The position numbers and the translations under genes were made by a program. Under the pieces are notes generated by a model, which did no database searches, had not been told where the DNA came from, and was given only the letters and a program-made list of their open reading frames with translations. Shown one piece after another: positions 1 through 14,135 of a stretch of 64,000 bases of DNA (its first letter is position 1; each line of letters starts with the position of its first letter). This DNA comes from Eledone cirrhosa (Eukaryota): NCBI GenBank assembly GCA_964016885.1, contig OZ024743.1, forward strand, positions 365,924,001-365,988,000, given 5' to 3'.

Positions 1-2632
1 GGACACTAAAAAACATAGGCACTAAAAATAGACTGGAAATAAAGTACAAAACTAGGAGGAAAAAGCTAAATATTATCATAGAGGAACTGAAGCAACGCAT
101 TGTAGCAAAGAGTGCAAAAATCAGGCGATACGAGAACAGAGTCAGTCAGTATAAACAGAACCGCATGTTCGACAACAACCAGAAGATGCTGTTTGGACAG
201 CTTGAGGGGAAAGCAAGAGGCAACGACTTGATCCCTGGGGCGGAGCAAACTAAAACATTCTGGAGAGGAATATGGGAGCAGGATGTTAGACATAATGTCC
301 AGGCAGGGTGGATTGAGACAGTACAGAGGGAGATCGGTGAGCAGGCACACCAACAAACTGATTTGAGTATCACAGTTGAAACTCTTAAGGGGCAGGCCAA
401 AAAACTAACCAACTGGAAATCACCAGGCCCAGATGGTGTGCAGGGGTATTGGATTAAAAATTTAACATCCCTCCACCCGAGGCTGACGGCCATGTTCAAT
501 GACTGCTTGGTGTCGGGTGAGGTGCCAGAGTGGTTGACAAAAGGTACCACAGTTCTGATAATGAAAGACCGAATCAAGGGTAATGATGTTACCAACTATA
601 GACCTATCACATGTCTGTCCGTAATGTGGAAACTGTTGACGAGCATTGTGTCTGAGGAAATCTACCATCACCTCCACACAAACAACTTGTTACCGGACGA
701 ACAGAAAGGATGCCGAAAGAAGTCACGTGGTACAAAGGACCAGTTACTTATTGATAAGATGGTAATGGGGGATTGCAGGAGGAGACACACTGATATTGCC
801 ATGGGATGGATAGACTACAGAAAGGCATTTGACATGGTGCCTCATTCTTGGATCACCAAAAGCCTGGAGATCTTCAGGGTGGCAGATAACATCAGACAGT
901 TGCTGGGAAGGAGTATGGGGTCCTGGGAGACAGAGTTGACATCAACTGGAGTATCCTTGGGAAGCGTGAAGATCAAGAGAGGTATCTTCCAGGGAGATAG
1001 CCTGTCCCCTCTGTTGTTTGTCCTTGCCCTGATGCCCTTGACCATTATGCTGCGAAAAGTGAGAGCAGGATACAAGTTGGGAAAGGGAGAGCTTACCATC
1101 AATCACCTCCTCTTCATGGACGATCTTAAGCTCTTCGGGAAAAGTGAGAGGGAGTTGGATGTGCTTGTTGACACTGTCCGTATTTTCAGCAGTGATATAT
1201 GTATGCAGTTTGGTATTAGTAAATGTGGAGTCATTGTGATGAGGAGGGGTAGGTTGAGCAGAAGTAACGGGATCCAGATACCAACAGGTGAGATGATAAA
1301 GGAAATTGACTCTGAGGAAGGATACAAGTATTTGGGCGTTCTGGAGGCTGTTGGCATAAAGAACAAAAAAATGAAGGAATTGTTAAGAACTGAATACATT
1401 CGGAGAATAAGGAGCGTATTGAAGTCACATCTGAACAGCAGAAATGCCATAAGCGCAGTAAATTCCCGAGCTGTGTCTATTATTAGGTACAGTGCGGGAA
1501 TTCTGAGATGGAATGTTGCTGAACAAAAAGAAATGGATAGGAAGACTAGGAAGCTATTGACTATCTACAACATGTTCCACAAGAGGAGTGATGTCGATAG
1601 ACTCTACCTAAGGAGATCTGAGGGTGGAAGAGGTCTTATCAGCATAGAGGACTGTGTTTAGATGGAGAAAAAGAACCTATACAAATACGTGACCTATAGT
1701 AAGGAGCCAATGCTCAGAACTGTACTGAAGGAGGGGACAGTAGGCCAGGGGATGTCCAAGGAGGAAATAACATCAAGGAGGAAGAGCAGCCTTAAGGGAA
1801 AATCCCTTCATAGTACCTTCTTTGAGAAAACTGAATTTAGAGATCCACAGACATGGAACTGGTTGAGAAGGGGAGACCTCAAAAAGGCTACAGAAGGAAT
1901 GCTAATGGCTGCGCAGGAGCAGGCCCTCAAAACGAAGTGGTGGTTGAAGCACCATATTTACAAGGAGGAGGCTAGCCCACTGTGCAGGATCTGTGGAGAG
2001 AGAGAGGAGACTGTGGCTCACATTGTATCCGAGTGTAAACACCTAGCCCAGACCCACTATAAGGGCTGGAGACACGATGTGATGGGCAGGGTGATCCACT
2101 GGCACCTGTGCAAAGTAAACAATTTACCACATTCTGAGAAATGGTATGAGCATAGGGCAGAGGCGGTGATGGAGAACAATCAGGTGAAGGTGCTGTGGGA
2201 TTTTAGGATACAGACGGACAAAAAACTGGAACACAATAGACCTGACCTGGTGGTTGTGGACAAAGAAAAAAGATCGTGTCTGATTGTGGATGTGGCCTGC
2301 CCTTTCGACACAAGAGTGCAAGAGAAGGAGAGGGAGAAAATTAACCGATACCAGGACCTAAAGTGGGAGGTGAAAAGGATTTGGAACTGCCATGAAGTCA
2401 AAGTGATCCCGATTGTCATGGGCGCACTGGGGACTATCTCCAAAAGTTTCCAGGGATGGTTAAAGAAAATCGGCCCCTTCACGCTTTTTGGAACGCTTCA
2501 AAAGGCATGCTTGCTGGGAACAGCAAGAACCCTCCGATACGTCCTGAATATCTGAGGCTGCAGGTAGTGGCTTGATATTCATTCCAACGGACTTTCCAGT
2601 TAACAAACATCAATGACTGAGATTCAAGGAAT
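1..2632 (+). mobile_element. R4/Dong-clade non-LTR retrotransposon (RT + CCHC + restriction-like endonuclease), 5' part outside the window
   Basis: Frame open from position 3. Motifs KSPGPDG, YRPITCL, GIFQGDSLSP, LFMDD (165..1661), then same-frame CRICGEREETVAHIVSEC and RPDLVVVD..IVDVACP..K (1662..2555). Short 3' UTR ends in (AAT)n. Confidence 0.92.
3..2555 (+). pseudogene. RT-RLE ORF interrupted by one in-frame TAG at 1659-1661
   Basis: ORFs 165..1661 and 1662..2555 are contiguous and in the same frame. Confidence 0.85.
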
Positions 2633-3250
2633 AACAACAATAATAATAATAAATAAATAAAAAGAAAATAAAAATTTAAAAAAATAAAAAAATAAATATA
2701 TATATATATATATATAGTAGAATGATCGAGAATCGGAATATCGGCCCACTAAATCACGATAAACAATATCCGACATGTGTGGCAGAGGGCTCAATAGTTT
2801 GGATAAACCAGAGCTATAACTATCGTTAAAATACCAACACACAGAGATCATGCCTAAAATCACCCGCGCAGCTGAAAAAGAACGACCAGGAAGATTCGCG
2901 TCACTCAAATAAAATATCAATAAATTAATAAATTAAATGAATGTAAAAAACTCACCCGGACCCGCTAGAAGGATGTTAAATTCTAGCTTTTGGGGTTTCT
3001 GCAATTCCTTAATCAAATCACTATCAGCCCACATAAAAAATATATATGACTTCTAGTGAGGAGACGAACGACGAAGAGCTTCTTCAACGAGTTTCCGTTC
3101 AAAAATACGGAGGGACCCTCAGCCAAAAACGCACATGGTATTCAGCAAGGGAGGGAACCCTCATATTAGTGAAAGAATTCGGTGATGTGTAATTTATGTA
3201 AAAATACAAAGGATCGCATATGAGTGTGTGTGTGTGTGTGTATGTGTATG

Positions 3251-3345
<95 letters not shown>

Positions 3346-4158
3346 CAACCTGAGGCATATGGCCCTTAAAGCGATGAAATGCCGAGGACGGTTGGAGGGT
3401 CACTGATGAAGGACTCACTTTTTCATATGTATCCCATTTGCAACGCCGCAGCTCCATTATTATCATCATATTTACACATATATTTTTCCATGCTGCCTTC
3501 GTCTGTTTCGTTCCTTGTATCTTTACCACTTCTAGCAGTCTCCCTCTCTGTTACTCTCTCCTCAACTTTCTCTCACTCATTCTCTGTCACTACCTCTCCT
3601 CCTCCTCTTTCCTCCTCCTCCTTCAAGTTTGACCTGTGTGTAATTCTTTTCTCGCGCAGTCTTGACCGAGCTGGTATGAAGTTTTTTTCTCTCTCTCTTT
3701 CGTCTGCGACTTCACGAAACTTGCGTTTACCGAATTCGTAGACCAGACCACCTTATCTTCTTCTTCTTCTTCTTCTTCTTCTTCTTCTTCTTCTTCTTCT
3801 TCTTCTTCTTCTTCTTCCTCTTCTCTCCTTTTTCTTTCTCTCTCTCTCTTCCCCCCCCCCCCGTCAAACTTGGGCGAAATTCTTTCCTTGCTCACATTTC
3901 TACCAGGTTCGATGGTCTTTCGTCTCTTGTTCACGATTTCACAGAGTTTATATTCATAGAGATCTGGGACTTGTCTATTTCTACTCACTTTCCGTTGCTT
4001 AAACCCTTTTGTTGTTACTCTAGCGTCCCCCTTTATTTACGTGTCCCAACGACTTTTTTTAGCCGTTGTTCGCACCAACCTGAGGCATATGGCCCTTAAA
4101 GCGATGAAATGCCGAGGACGGTTGGAGGGTCACTGATGAAGGACTCACTTTTTCATAT
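3346..4158. mobile_element. ORF-less element with ~83-bp terminal direct repeats (730-bp period) between (TA)n tracts
   Basis: caacctgaggcat...ctttttcatat at 3346-3428 and 4076-4158; internal (CTT)n. Confidence 0.65.
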
Positions 4159-4262
4159 ATATATATATATATATATACATATACATACACATATACACAC
4201 ACACACACACACTCACACACACATATACACACACACATACATTAATAACAATAATAATAATA

Positions 4263-4295
<33 letters not shown>

Positions 4296-4394
4296 ATAAT
4301 AATAACGACAACAACAATAATAATATACATATACATATATATATACACACACACGCACACACATAAGCATATCTACACACACACACACACACAC

Positions 4395-5570
4395 GATAGC
4401 AACTAACAGCGCTGCGATCGAATGTGGCTTTTTAGCCCAGCCAATGATCTAAAATGTCTTGCACAGAGTCGGCAACCAAAACATTCACTGGGAATAGTCG
4501 GCTGTGGTTGGAGTTCGTGTACTTTTGCATGTCGCTTGAGCCCTCCTGCTGATTTACAATCTCTACCACATGTTTGGCAAGCATGATGAGTAGCATCTCC
4601 AACAGCAGCCTGGTAGTCAACCACTGGTCTTACTTTATGACTGCGAAGATGACTTTCGAGTCCAGCTTTGCTTAGGCAGAGTCTCGCACATACGCTGCAT
4701 GTCAGCACCATAGGAGGACCCTCGCCGTCTGGAAGTGCAACAGCAATGCCCTTCCTCACATCCCGCTTTACTTTCTCGTATGCGACTCGAGATGCCTCAA
4801 AGGCAACTTTTCCATCATATACAGTCTTTCTCCATTTATTACGATCAGCAGCAATATTCTCCCATGTATCAGCAGAGATGTTAGCGTCTTTCAGAGAGGC
4901 TTTCAAGGAATCCTTATACCTCTTTTTTGGTTTATGTGGCGGTCGTTTTCCTTTAACCAACCCTCCATAAAAGAGTTGTTTTGGTATTCTAGAATCCTTC
5001 ATCCTGGCAAGGTGACCACTCCAACGGAGTCGTTGCTTAAGCACAAGAGCTTCTATACTGTCACACATAGAACTTTCCAAAATCTCGACATCACTGATGT
5101 GGTCCCTCCAGTGAACGCCATGGATCCGTCTGAGACACATCTGATGGAAACGCTCCAATTGCTTAAGGTGGTGTCGATATGTGACCCAGGTCTCGCAGGC
5201 ATAAAGAAGACAAGAGAGCACACATGCCCTGTACACCTTTACCTTTGTCCTCCTGCATATGTCTCGCCGACCCCAAAGTCGCCTTTCTAGCTTTCCGAAA
5301 GCATCACTTGCTTTCCTAATCCTAAGTGAGATTTCACTGTCAAGGTTGCTGTATCGATTGACAGTGCTTCCCAGGTAGACAAACTGATCAACCACTCCAA
5401 GTCGTTTGCCATACACATAGATGTGTACTGCTTACCTGGGGCAGGTTGGTACATGACGACGGTTTTCTTGAGACTGACAGTCAGACCTAGGGCAGTGCAA
5501 GCGTCAGAAAATGCATTTAAAATGTGCTGCATATCACTCTCTGTGTGCGCTACAAGATCGCAATCATCAT
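4395..5570 (-). mobile_element. RTE (BovB-like) LINE, 3' portion, with three C-terminal C2H2-like zinc fingers
   Basis: DDCDLVAH..GLTVSLKKT, frameshift near 5420, then FVYLGS, KVYRACVLSCLLYACETW, RLRWSGHLARM, RIPKQLFYG; ends in (GT)n. Confidence 0.9.
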
Positions 5571-5623
5571 ACATACATACATACATACATACATACATAC
5601 ATACTTACATACATACATACATA

Positions 5624-6510
5624 CAATGTTCAAACAAGATTAAAAAAATTGACCAATTTACAGAAAAAGTTGTGCATGGATACTTGAGACGTAAAACACA
5701 GACCATAGAGGGGATAAACCACTCAAAAAGCCTGGCATGGTGTTCCGACAAGTTTATGACATCACACCTTGAGGGATATCTCTATGCAATACAGGAACAA
5801 GAACTCCCTACCAAATATCTGCTGCACAAAAGAGGAGGGCCAGCAGCTGACAATAAATGTAGGCTATGTAAAACAAAGATCGAGGATGTAAGCCACATTG
5901 TTGCCAGCTGCGAAAGAATGTCATCTCGCTACTACCGCCCCATGAGACACGATGGGATAGCTAGAACCATCTGGAACGCACTTCGGAAAAAAAAATTAAC
6001 AACAAACGAGGAAGAATATATTGAAACAGATGGCACTAAGAAATACTGGTGGAACCTGAAAATAAAAACTGCCACCAAATTAAAGCACAACCGGCCTGAT
6101 ATTGTTGTTTGGGACCACACATTGAAAACGTGTTCTGTTGTGGAGATCAGCTGCCCACTTGATGTAAACGTTGTCAGAAAAATACAGGAGAAGGAGGACA
6201 TCTACGGACCATTGATGAGGAGTTTACAAATCCAGTATCCAAGATACACCTTTAGCTTCATACCCATCATTATTGGTGCTACGGGTTATATACCAACCCG
6301 CTAGGACCAAAGTATGACTGAACTTGGATTTGCGGACAAAAAGCGCAGCTCCCTAATTCATAGTCTACAAATGGCTGCGATAGCTGGCACCTTCAAAATT
6401 TGCAAAACATTCTTGCGATTCAAGGGATGACAATTTCTTTTCTTTTACAACCTTGCCACCAGGAAGGTGGCCGGTCAAAAAAATATACTCGAAATTAAGA
6501 GAAAGAGAAA
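5624..6510 (+). mobile_element. R4/Dong-like family A, 5'-truncated copy (CCHC + RLE) in (TACA)n
   Basis: Near-identical to 29132-30014; CRLCKTKIEDVSHIVASC, RPDIVVWD..VVEISCP. Confidence 0.9.
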
Positions 6511-6523
6511 ACATACATACATA

Positions 6524-7008
6524 GAGAGTCAACGGCCATCCGAAAAGGAGAACATTTATGCTGAAATGATGAGAAATCTGCAGATACTCCACCCTGATTA
6601 CACCTTCAGATTTATGCCTGTGATTATTGGGGCACTGGGATATGTTAGTAACTGCCTCAATACAAAACTTGAAAAGCTAGGCTTCACAGGAACAGAAAGA
6701 ACACGACTAGTTAGGGAATTACAATTACAATCCATTAATGGAACAGTAAAAATATGTAAGACATTCCAAAAATGTTGCATCTAATAACTGCATATACACA
6801 TATACAGATGCAAAGCATATACACATGCACACATACAACTCAAAACATACAAATCCACACATACAATAACATGCATATCTACACATGCATACATACATAT
6901 CTACCTAGTTGATGTTGTGTAAATTCCAATGAGAGAGTCTTGTGTCTATGTTAGAAACCGACTCTCTCTCTATTGGTAAAACTTTGTGAAATTATAAAAC
7001 CAGAAGAA
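6524..7008 (+). mobile_element. R4/Dong-like family B, 3' fragment in (TACA)n
   Basis: KENIYAEMMRNL..PVIIGALG..VKICKTF parallels the family A C-terminus; 3' UTR recurs at 61552-61789. Confidence 0.8.
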
Positions 7009-7649
7009 CATACATATATATATACATACATACATACATACATACATAATACATACATACATACATACATACATACATACATACATACATACATACATAC
7101 ATACATACATACATACATACATACACATACATGCATACATACATATGTGTATAGATAGATAAAGAGAGATCCAGTAACGGACAATATGGTTGCAATTTAT
7201 TTATCTTCTTGATGTATATTACGTGAATACCTTTTTATTATATTATTTGTGGACTGTGGATATATCCGAGATTGGAACATCGAGTTCGGAAGTTTTATGC
7301 TATACCACTAGGATATCATGTATAGTCTTCACTGTATATGTGTACCGAGCAGTCTTTCTTGATTAATGTTAATTATTTTACATCATATGCATGTCTATAT
7401 GTATCTTTGGTATGTCATGGTATGATGTGATAGGTATACATGTACGTGTGTGTATGTATGTGTGTGTATGTATGTGTACGCATTCGTAAATGTCTATCTG
7501 GCTGTCAGTCTGTATGGTAAGTTTATGTGGGACTGTGTGAGTGTATGTATTTGTTGGTTGATAAATAAATAAGTGAAAAGTTAGATAGAGAGGTAGGTGG
7601 TTAGATATATACATACATACATAAATACATACAGACAGACACACACACA

Positions 7650-7700
<51 letters not shown>

Positions 7701-7848
7701 ATTGAGTACCTTACTTACTGGGGTTATCCCCGATTGAACCCGGAATAACATATATATATACATACATACATACACATACATACATATATATATGGGCTTT
7801 GAAACCCTGGGTAGCAATTTTGTTCCATGTATGAACATAAATAAATTA

Positions 7849-7900
<52 letters not shown>

Positions 7901-7904
<4 letters not shown>

Positions 7905-8086
7905 GAGGGTGTGGTAAGAAGATACCAGGTAGACCAAAACCCATCGGAGTACTCGATACTTGGAGTAGTAGAGTGAGTAACATAAAAAAGATTAAGGACC
8001 CCGACGGCTGAGCTATGGCCGTTTCGACAGCTAGATCTAGCTGTCGAAACAGCCGGGGCTTAGCCGTCTGGGTCCTGAATCTTTTC

Positions 8087-8087
<1 letters not shown>
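7901..8087 (-). mobile_element. Hairpin-headed mini element in (TA)n, related to 23398 and 45715
   Basis: Inverted repeat 7986-8085 centred on AGATCT; shares ccgacggctgagct, gtcgaaac and the gtatcgagtac motif. Confidence 0.65.
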
Positions 8088-8140
<53 letters not shown>

Positions 8141-8424
8141 AGAGAGAGAGAGAGAGAGGAAGACAGAAATACAGACAGACAGACAGTCAGACGGACAGAC
8201 AGACAGAAAAGAGGGGTGATGTACGATTGGTTACATAGCTAAACAAAACTACAGATAGAATACAAATGAATTGAAAGGGTCGTGGAAGAAAAGATGGCGG
8301 GAAGGGTATATGATGTAAAGGAATGAACATGAGTCACTGATTCAGACATTTGCTTGCTAAATTGGCTATTAGGATCACGTCATGTCTTATGAAGGGAATA
8401 CCCTCATACACACTGCATTTTATA

Positions 8425-8465
<41 letters not shown>

Positions 8466-8474
8466 ATGTGTGTG

Positions 8475-8524
<50 letters not shown>

Positions 8525-8754
8525 AGTGTATAAATATATTCATATATTTATATATTTGTACGCGCCAGTGTGTTTGCATACCCATACCACCCCCCAACCC
8601 ACACACACACACTCTCATACACGCACACACTCACATACACCCCCACACATATATAAGTGTGTGTGTGTGTGTGATGGAATGCGCAAAAAAAAAACAATAT
8701 ATATGTCTGTAAATATGCAAACGCAACATGTTTGTGCGCCAACCTGTTTGTGCA

Positions 8755-9720
8755 AATGTTTGTGTGTGTTTGTGTGTGTGTATGTGTGATTGTGTGTGTA
8801 TGTGTGTTTGTGTGTTTATGTGTGTTTATGTGTGTGTATGTGTTTATGTGTGTGTATGTGTGTTTGTGTGTGTATGTGTGTTTATGTGTGTGTATGTGTG
8901 TTTGTGTGTGTATGTGTGTTTGTGCGTGTGTGTGTGTGTGTGTGTATGTGTGTTTGTGTGTTTGTGTGTGTATGTGTGTGTGTGTGTGTTTGTGTGTGTA
9001 TGTGTGTTTGTGTGTGTTTTGCAGTACCATGAATATGGAAATTTCTTGAAAATATATCAAGAGCGACAAATCTTCCACCGTCATATCACACACACACACA
9101 ATCAATGCACACACACACACACTAACACATACATGCTAACATACACACATACAGCCAACAGACACAGAGACACACACGCACACTAACACACACATGCTAA
9201 CATACACACACACACAGCCGACACACACATAGACATACACTAACACACACATAGAGCCAACACACACATGCTAACATGCACACACACAGCCAACACACAC
9301 ACACACAGCCAATACATACACACACAGTCAATACACACACACTAACACACATATGCTAACATACACACACAGACACACAGTCACACACTGACACACACAG
9401 ACACACAGAGCCAATACACACACACACACATGCTAACACAGACACACAGACACAGCCAATACACACACACACACACACACATGCTAATACACACAGACAC
9501 ACACTGACACACACACAGTCAATACACACACACTAACACACATTTGCTAACATACACACACCGACACATGCTAACATACACACACAGACACATGCTAACA
9601 TACACACACAGACACATGCTAACATACACACACAAACACATGCTAACATACACACACATCGCCAATACAAACACACACATGCTAACACGCACACGCACAC
9701 ATTCTAACATAGACACACAC
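8755..9720. repeat. Complex TG-rich then CA-rich (gctaac-interrupted) micro/minisatellite
   Basis: Direct inspection. Confidence 0.9.
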
Positions 9721-10155
9721 TACTAGCTCCGTTTTTTTTTATGGGTACAACGAATTATATTTCATTCTATACGTAGAAGAGAATCGGGAATACTATTTCT
9801 TTATATTTGCTACTTTGCTCTATCCCTTAGGCCTCTCAAAAACCCCATCTTCACACACATATGCAAGCACAAACGTACATATATGTGTCCTAACATACAC
9901 ATATGATTGTTGTTACGCACGCAACTTGATTGTTTTACTTTATATATATATATTTGATGGATGGTGTAGTTTGGTTAAGTTTCTTTTTTATGTTAGATTG
10001 TATATGGGCGGGAGTGCATGAATCACTGATCGGTCAACGATGAAAGCATTACTGTGCGTGTCGGCATGCATGTACATGTGTACATATGTATACACTATTA
10101 CTTATATGTACGCATGCATATACATGTTTATACACCTATATATGATACACACGGA

Positions 10156-10205
<50 letters not shown>

Positions 10206-10353
10206 AGAAATAGGATTTTGCTTCAAGCATAGCTTTATACAATATGTATAAATATTTCGTATCTCCAAAGAAATACACTTTTAAGAAGCCGTAGCTATGC
10301 AAACACCGAGGGGCTAATGCCCTCTGGTGATGTCCAGCAGAAGTAAGGGGGAC

Positions 10354-10399
10354 AACCGTCTATGCATTTCAGGCTTGACTGGCCTTCGTCAGGACGATC
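10354..10399 (-). ncRNA. Type I hammerhead ribozyme, intact core
   Basis: Minus strand gatcgtc-CTGACGA-aggc cagtcaa gcct-GAAA tgca TA-gacggtt; stems I and II pair, stem III is the palindrome ATGCAT. Confidence 0.85.
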
Positions 10400-10519
10400 C
10401 CTCCCACCGCTTGCGACTGCTGGACTAGAAGACAGGCGAGAATATATAGTTTTCTCGTCTGTGTAAATGAGGTGATTAATCTCATTTGCATATGAAGCTG
10501 CATAAGTTGGCTCAACTTA

Positions 10520-10569
<50 letters not shown>

Positions 10570-10651
10570 CTATATACTGTACCGACTGTGTTGTTATTAC
10601 TGTTTACCTTTTACATACATATATATATACACATACAGAGTGAGAGAAAGA

Positions 10652-10752
<101 letters not shown>

Positions 10753-10938
10753 GAATTACCAGTTTAGACTAGTATGACAATTGTTCAGCTAAGTTTTCGA
10801 TACTTAGGAAAGTAAAGTGTAGGTACTGTCAAGAATTAGTGCCCGACGACTGAGCTCTTGTCATTTCGATAATGAATGGATAACTACATTCACCGTCAAA
10901 ACGGCAAGAACTCAGCCGTCGGGCATTAACACTTTACA

Positions 10939-10971
<33 letters not shown>

Positions 10972-11555
10972 CGTGCTTATGTGTATGTATATATATATAT
11001 AATCCCAGGAACAGGGAACTGTTTGAAGATTATTTTAAATTGCTTTCTTGTTATTGCCAGTACTTTTATTGCAGTAGTTATTGTTTATTTAAACCCAGGT
11101 CAGCTCTGGCCTAGCAAACCTATAATCAAATGTGTTCTAACGGTGTCTATTCCATTTTAATTTTTTCACTTTTTCATGTTTCTCTTTATCTCAGGTATTG
11201 TATATCCAGGAGTACATAATCCAACGTATCCAGCCTTTCTTCAAGACAGTGATATGTAATTGTTATTCTAGCGTGTCGGGTGACCACATAGATATGTCAT
11301 TATTCACTCGTTTTCCTTGTATTTGATGATGTAAATTTTATTGCATTTAATTTACCTTATGGGGTTAAGATAAATAGTAATGTAACAATTATGAGTTCTT
11401 GTGAGTATTTGTGATTAGTTGTAAGTAATTGTAAGTAGTTGTAAGCACTCATTTATTGCAGGTTCTCTCGGCCTCAACCTTTTGATTTTCTTGCTTTTAC
11501 AAGAGGATTTGAGTCTCCCATTTATCCCTTTCTTAAAATCAAATATTATATTATA

Positions 11556-12161
11556 CTAGACCACCCGTGACCCATTGGGTCACATTCACTTCAAAATATT
11601 TTTTTAAATCATGGTCACTTAAAAATAATTTTTAAATAATTAAAATATACACAGACTTGTATATAATGTGAAATGAAACTGAAAGGCTCATATATATACT
11701 TGTGTATGTATATATATAAATGTGTGTGTGTATACATATATATATACGTGTGTGTGTGTGGGGGGGGGATCTGTGATCTATATGCACTGGTCATAGACGC
11801 ACATACAGATATATATATACACACACACTCACATATATACACAATAACACCATCAGCTCTCTTCCATTCTCCTTCTCTGTCTCCTCTCCCTCTCTCTATG
11901 TCTCTCTTTCAATCTACTCTGTCACGACCACTATCTCTTCCTCTCTATCTTTCTCTATCTTTCTTTATGAAGGTACCCGGAAAAACCCATATCTCGGGAA
12001 CCCGTGGTCCGATTTACGCGAAACTTGTTTTATTCCATTTGTGTTCTCATTTCAGGGTCAACTTCCTTTCAAATTAATTTCCCATTATCCACCCTTTTGG
12101 CTGTATTACATTACAGACAAGCAAGCAAGCAATCAATCACAGACTTTTAGTAATATATAGA
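11556..12161 (-). mobile_element. Non-autonomous Helitron
   Basis: Minus-strand 5' A|TCTATATATTACT; 3' hairpin gtgaccca-a-tgggtcac followed by CTAG|T. Confidence 0.75.
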
Positions 12162-12789
12162 TTGCATTATACGACATTGCACTATATTAATTGATATTAT
12201 GTTATATATTGCAGTACTAGATTGTAGCTTAGATTGATTTTTTTTGTATCTTCAGTTTTTGTGTGAATGTTAGGCAATGGCTGTTTATCAAATTACGCCC
12301 AATTGTTCTATAGTCATGGATAGACATTATCTAACAGTACACACGATTAAGATATAAACTTGTAGGTAACGTTATTTGATGTGTGATGAAGTTTTAAGGT
12401 GTTTTCAACAAACTTCACATTCAAAAATTCTTTCAACATTATCGAGTCTTCACCAATATAAACTAGATAGTTTTTTGTTTTTTCGTGTATTGATTTCTTA
12501 CTGAGGCACTGACTCATATTTATAGAAAGTATAAATCAAGAAGCACCACATCCCTTTCTTGAAATCTCTTGCCATATAATTGAATTACTAAAACCTAGAT
12601 GCATAATGAGTTTTACTGTCTACACCAACGTTGTAGTTTTGTAGCCCCAGGTCTGACTTGCTCGAGTAAGCCTATGTTCGATATTTTTCTAAGGGAAGAT
12701 AAAAGCAACCTTCACAAACTTAAAGGGTCGTAACAAAAACATTAGATTCTCTACCGCTTCTGCCATCCAATACCTAATATTGATTTATA

Positions 12790-12990
12790 ATTTAGGAGCA
12801 AGGCTACAAAATTTGTGCTAGGGCAAAATTTATTAAATCAACCTCAGTATATGACTGGTACATTTTTTTATCGCCCCCAGTTGGATGAAAGGCAAAGTTG
12901 ATCTCTGCGGGATTTGAACTCAGAATGTTGAGAGTCAGAATACTACAATGGCATTTTAGCCGGCGCTCTACCAATTCTATCGATCCACTA
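12790..12990 (-). mobile_element. tRNA-derived SINE (family 2), diverged
   Basis: ggatgaaaggcaaagt..gggatttgaactcagaa shared with 54241-54629. Confidence 0.7.
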
Positions 12991-13168
12991 CCTCTTGCAC
13001 CGCCTAATATTTCAACGTGTTATACACATGTAACTCTACATTCGTTAATATGTGAATGTGAACTATAACTACAACAAAAACTGAGAAATTTGTTGAAATC
13101 ACCACAAAGCTCTACAATCAGATATCTCAAAATAAGATGCGCAACATGTTATTTATACGAACCAACGA

Positions 13169-13210
<42 letters not shown>

Positions 13211-13229
13211 ATGTGTTATTGTGTATGTA

Positions 13230-13277
<48 letters not shown>

Positions 13278-13362
13278 TTATTCCGGGTTAACCACAGTAA
13301 GTAAGGTACTCAATACATAGCAGAATATAAATGAGAAATCATCAGGAAGCTGACTGTCAGTC

Positions 13363-13413
13363 AGCTTCCTGATGATTTCTCACGAATGAAACAGTTCTAG
13401 TTCTGTAGAAGCT
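13363..13413 (+). ncRNA. Type I hammerhead ribozyme in fold-back mini element 13276-13420
   Basis: agcttc-CTGATGA-tttc tcac gaat-GAAAC ag ttctagtt ct GTA-gaagct; 6-bp stem I. Confidence 0.8.
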
Positions 13414-14102
13414 TTTCTATATTAATATATATATATATATATATATTAATTTATAAAGTTAACTGTTTCTAATTCATCTATACTATTGTTCAATCTATTA
13501 GAAACACATAACTAAATCTCCCTCATAATAGGACCCTATTTAAGATAATATATTTTACGTTCACTCCCAAAAGACGATATGGCCACTGTTGGGAATATCT
13601 TTGTTCACTGATTTGTTCAATTAGGCTTGACCTGGGGATAAACAGAAAACAACAAAAACAATTAACGAGGAAGCATCTGCAAAGACATCCAACCTACTAG
13701 CATTAGCAGCCAAATCTTTCTCAAATCGCAAACTACCATATTTTTAAAAGCGTCATCTAGAGGTTCTGGCAATTATTCATCTTTTTAGCTAGTGTAGGAT
13801 AAAACAGCTTCTCGTAAAATTGTGCTATGAATAACAGCCGGTCACGAATAGTTGATTATTAATGATCCGAGACGTGGAAAGAGATCGTGTTAAGGATCCA
13901 AGGTATAAAAATGGAGGAAAGAGACCGTGTTTATATGCAACTGAAAAAAATCTTGCCTTCCATTGAAAATACTAAGAAAGGTAAGTTAGAAAATTATAAA
14001 TATCCAAATTTTTTATGTAGTAAAAATACATACATAAACTTAACAGGACATATCTTAATTCATCTAATCAATTGAGTTATTCACTGAGAGTGCTAAACAA
14101 CT

Positions 14103-14123
<21 letters not shown>

Positions 14124-14135
<12 letters not shown>

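Noticed and set aside
3055-3125. Minus-strand CTGAGGG...GAAAC...GTC
   Set aside because: Core and stem II do not register; at most a half motif.
6926-6976. 3' UTR hairpin with ATGA and AAA, possible SECIS
   Set aside because: Spacing and GA quartet do not fit, and there is no in-frame TGA in the visible ORF.
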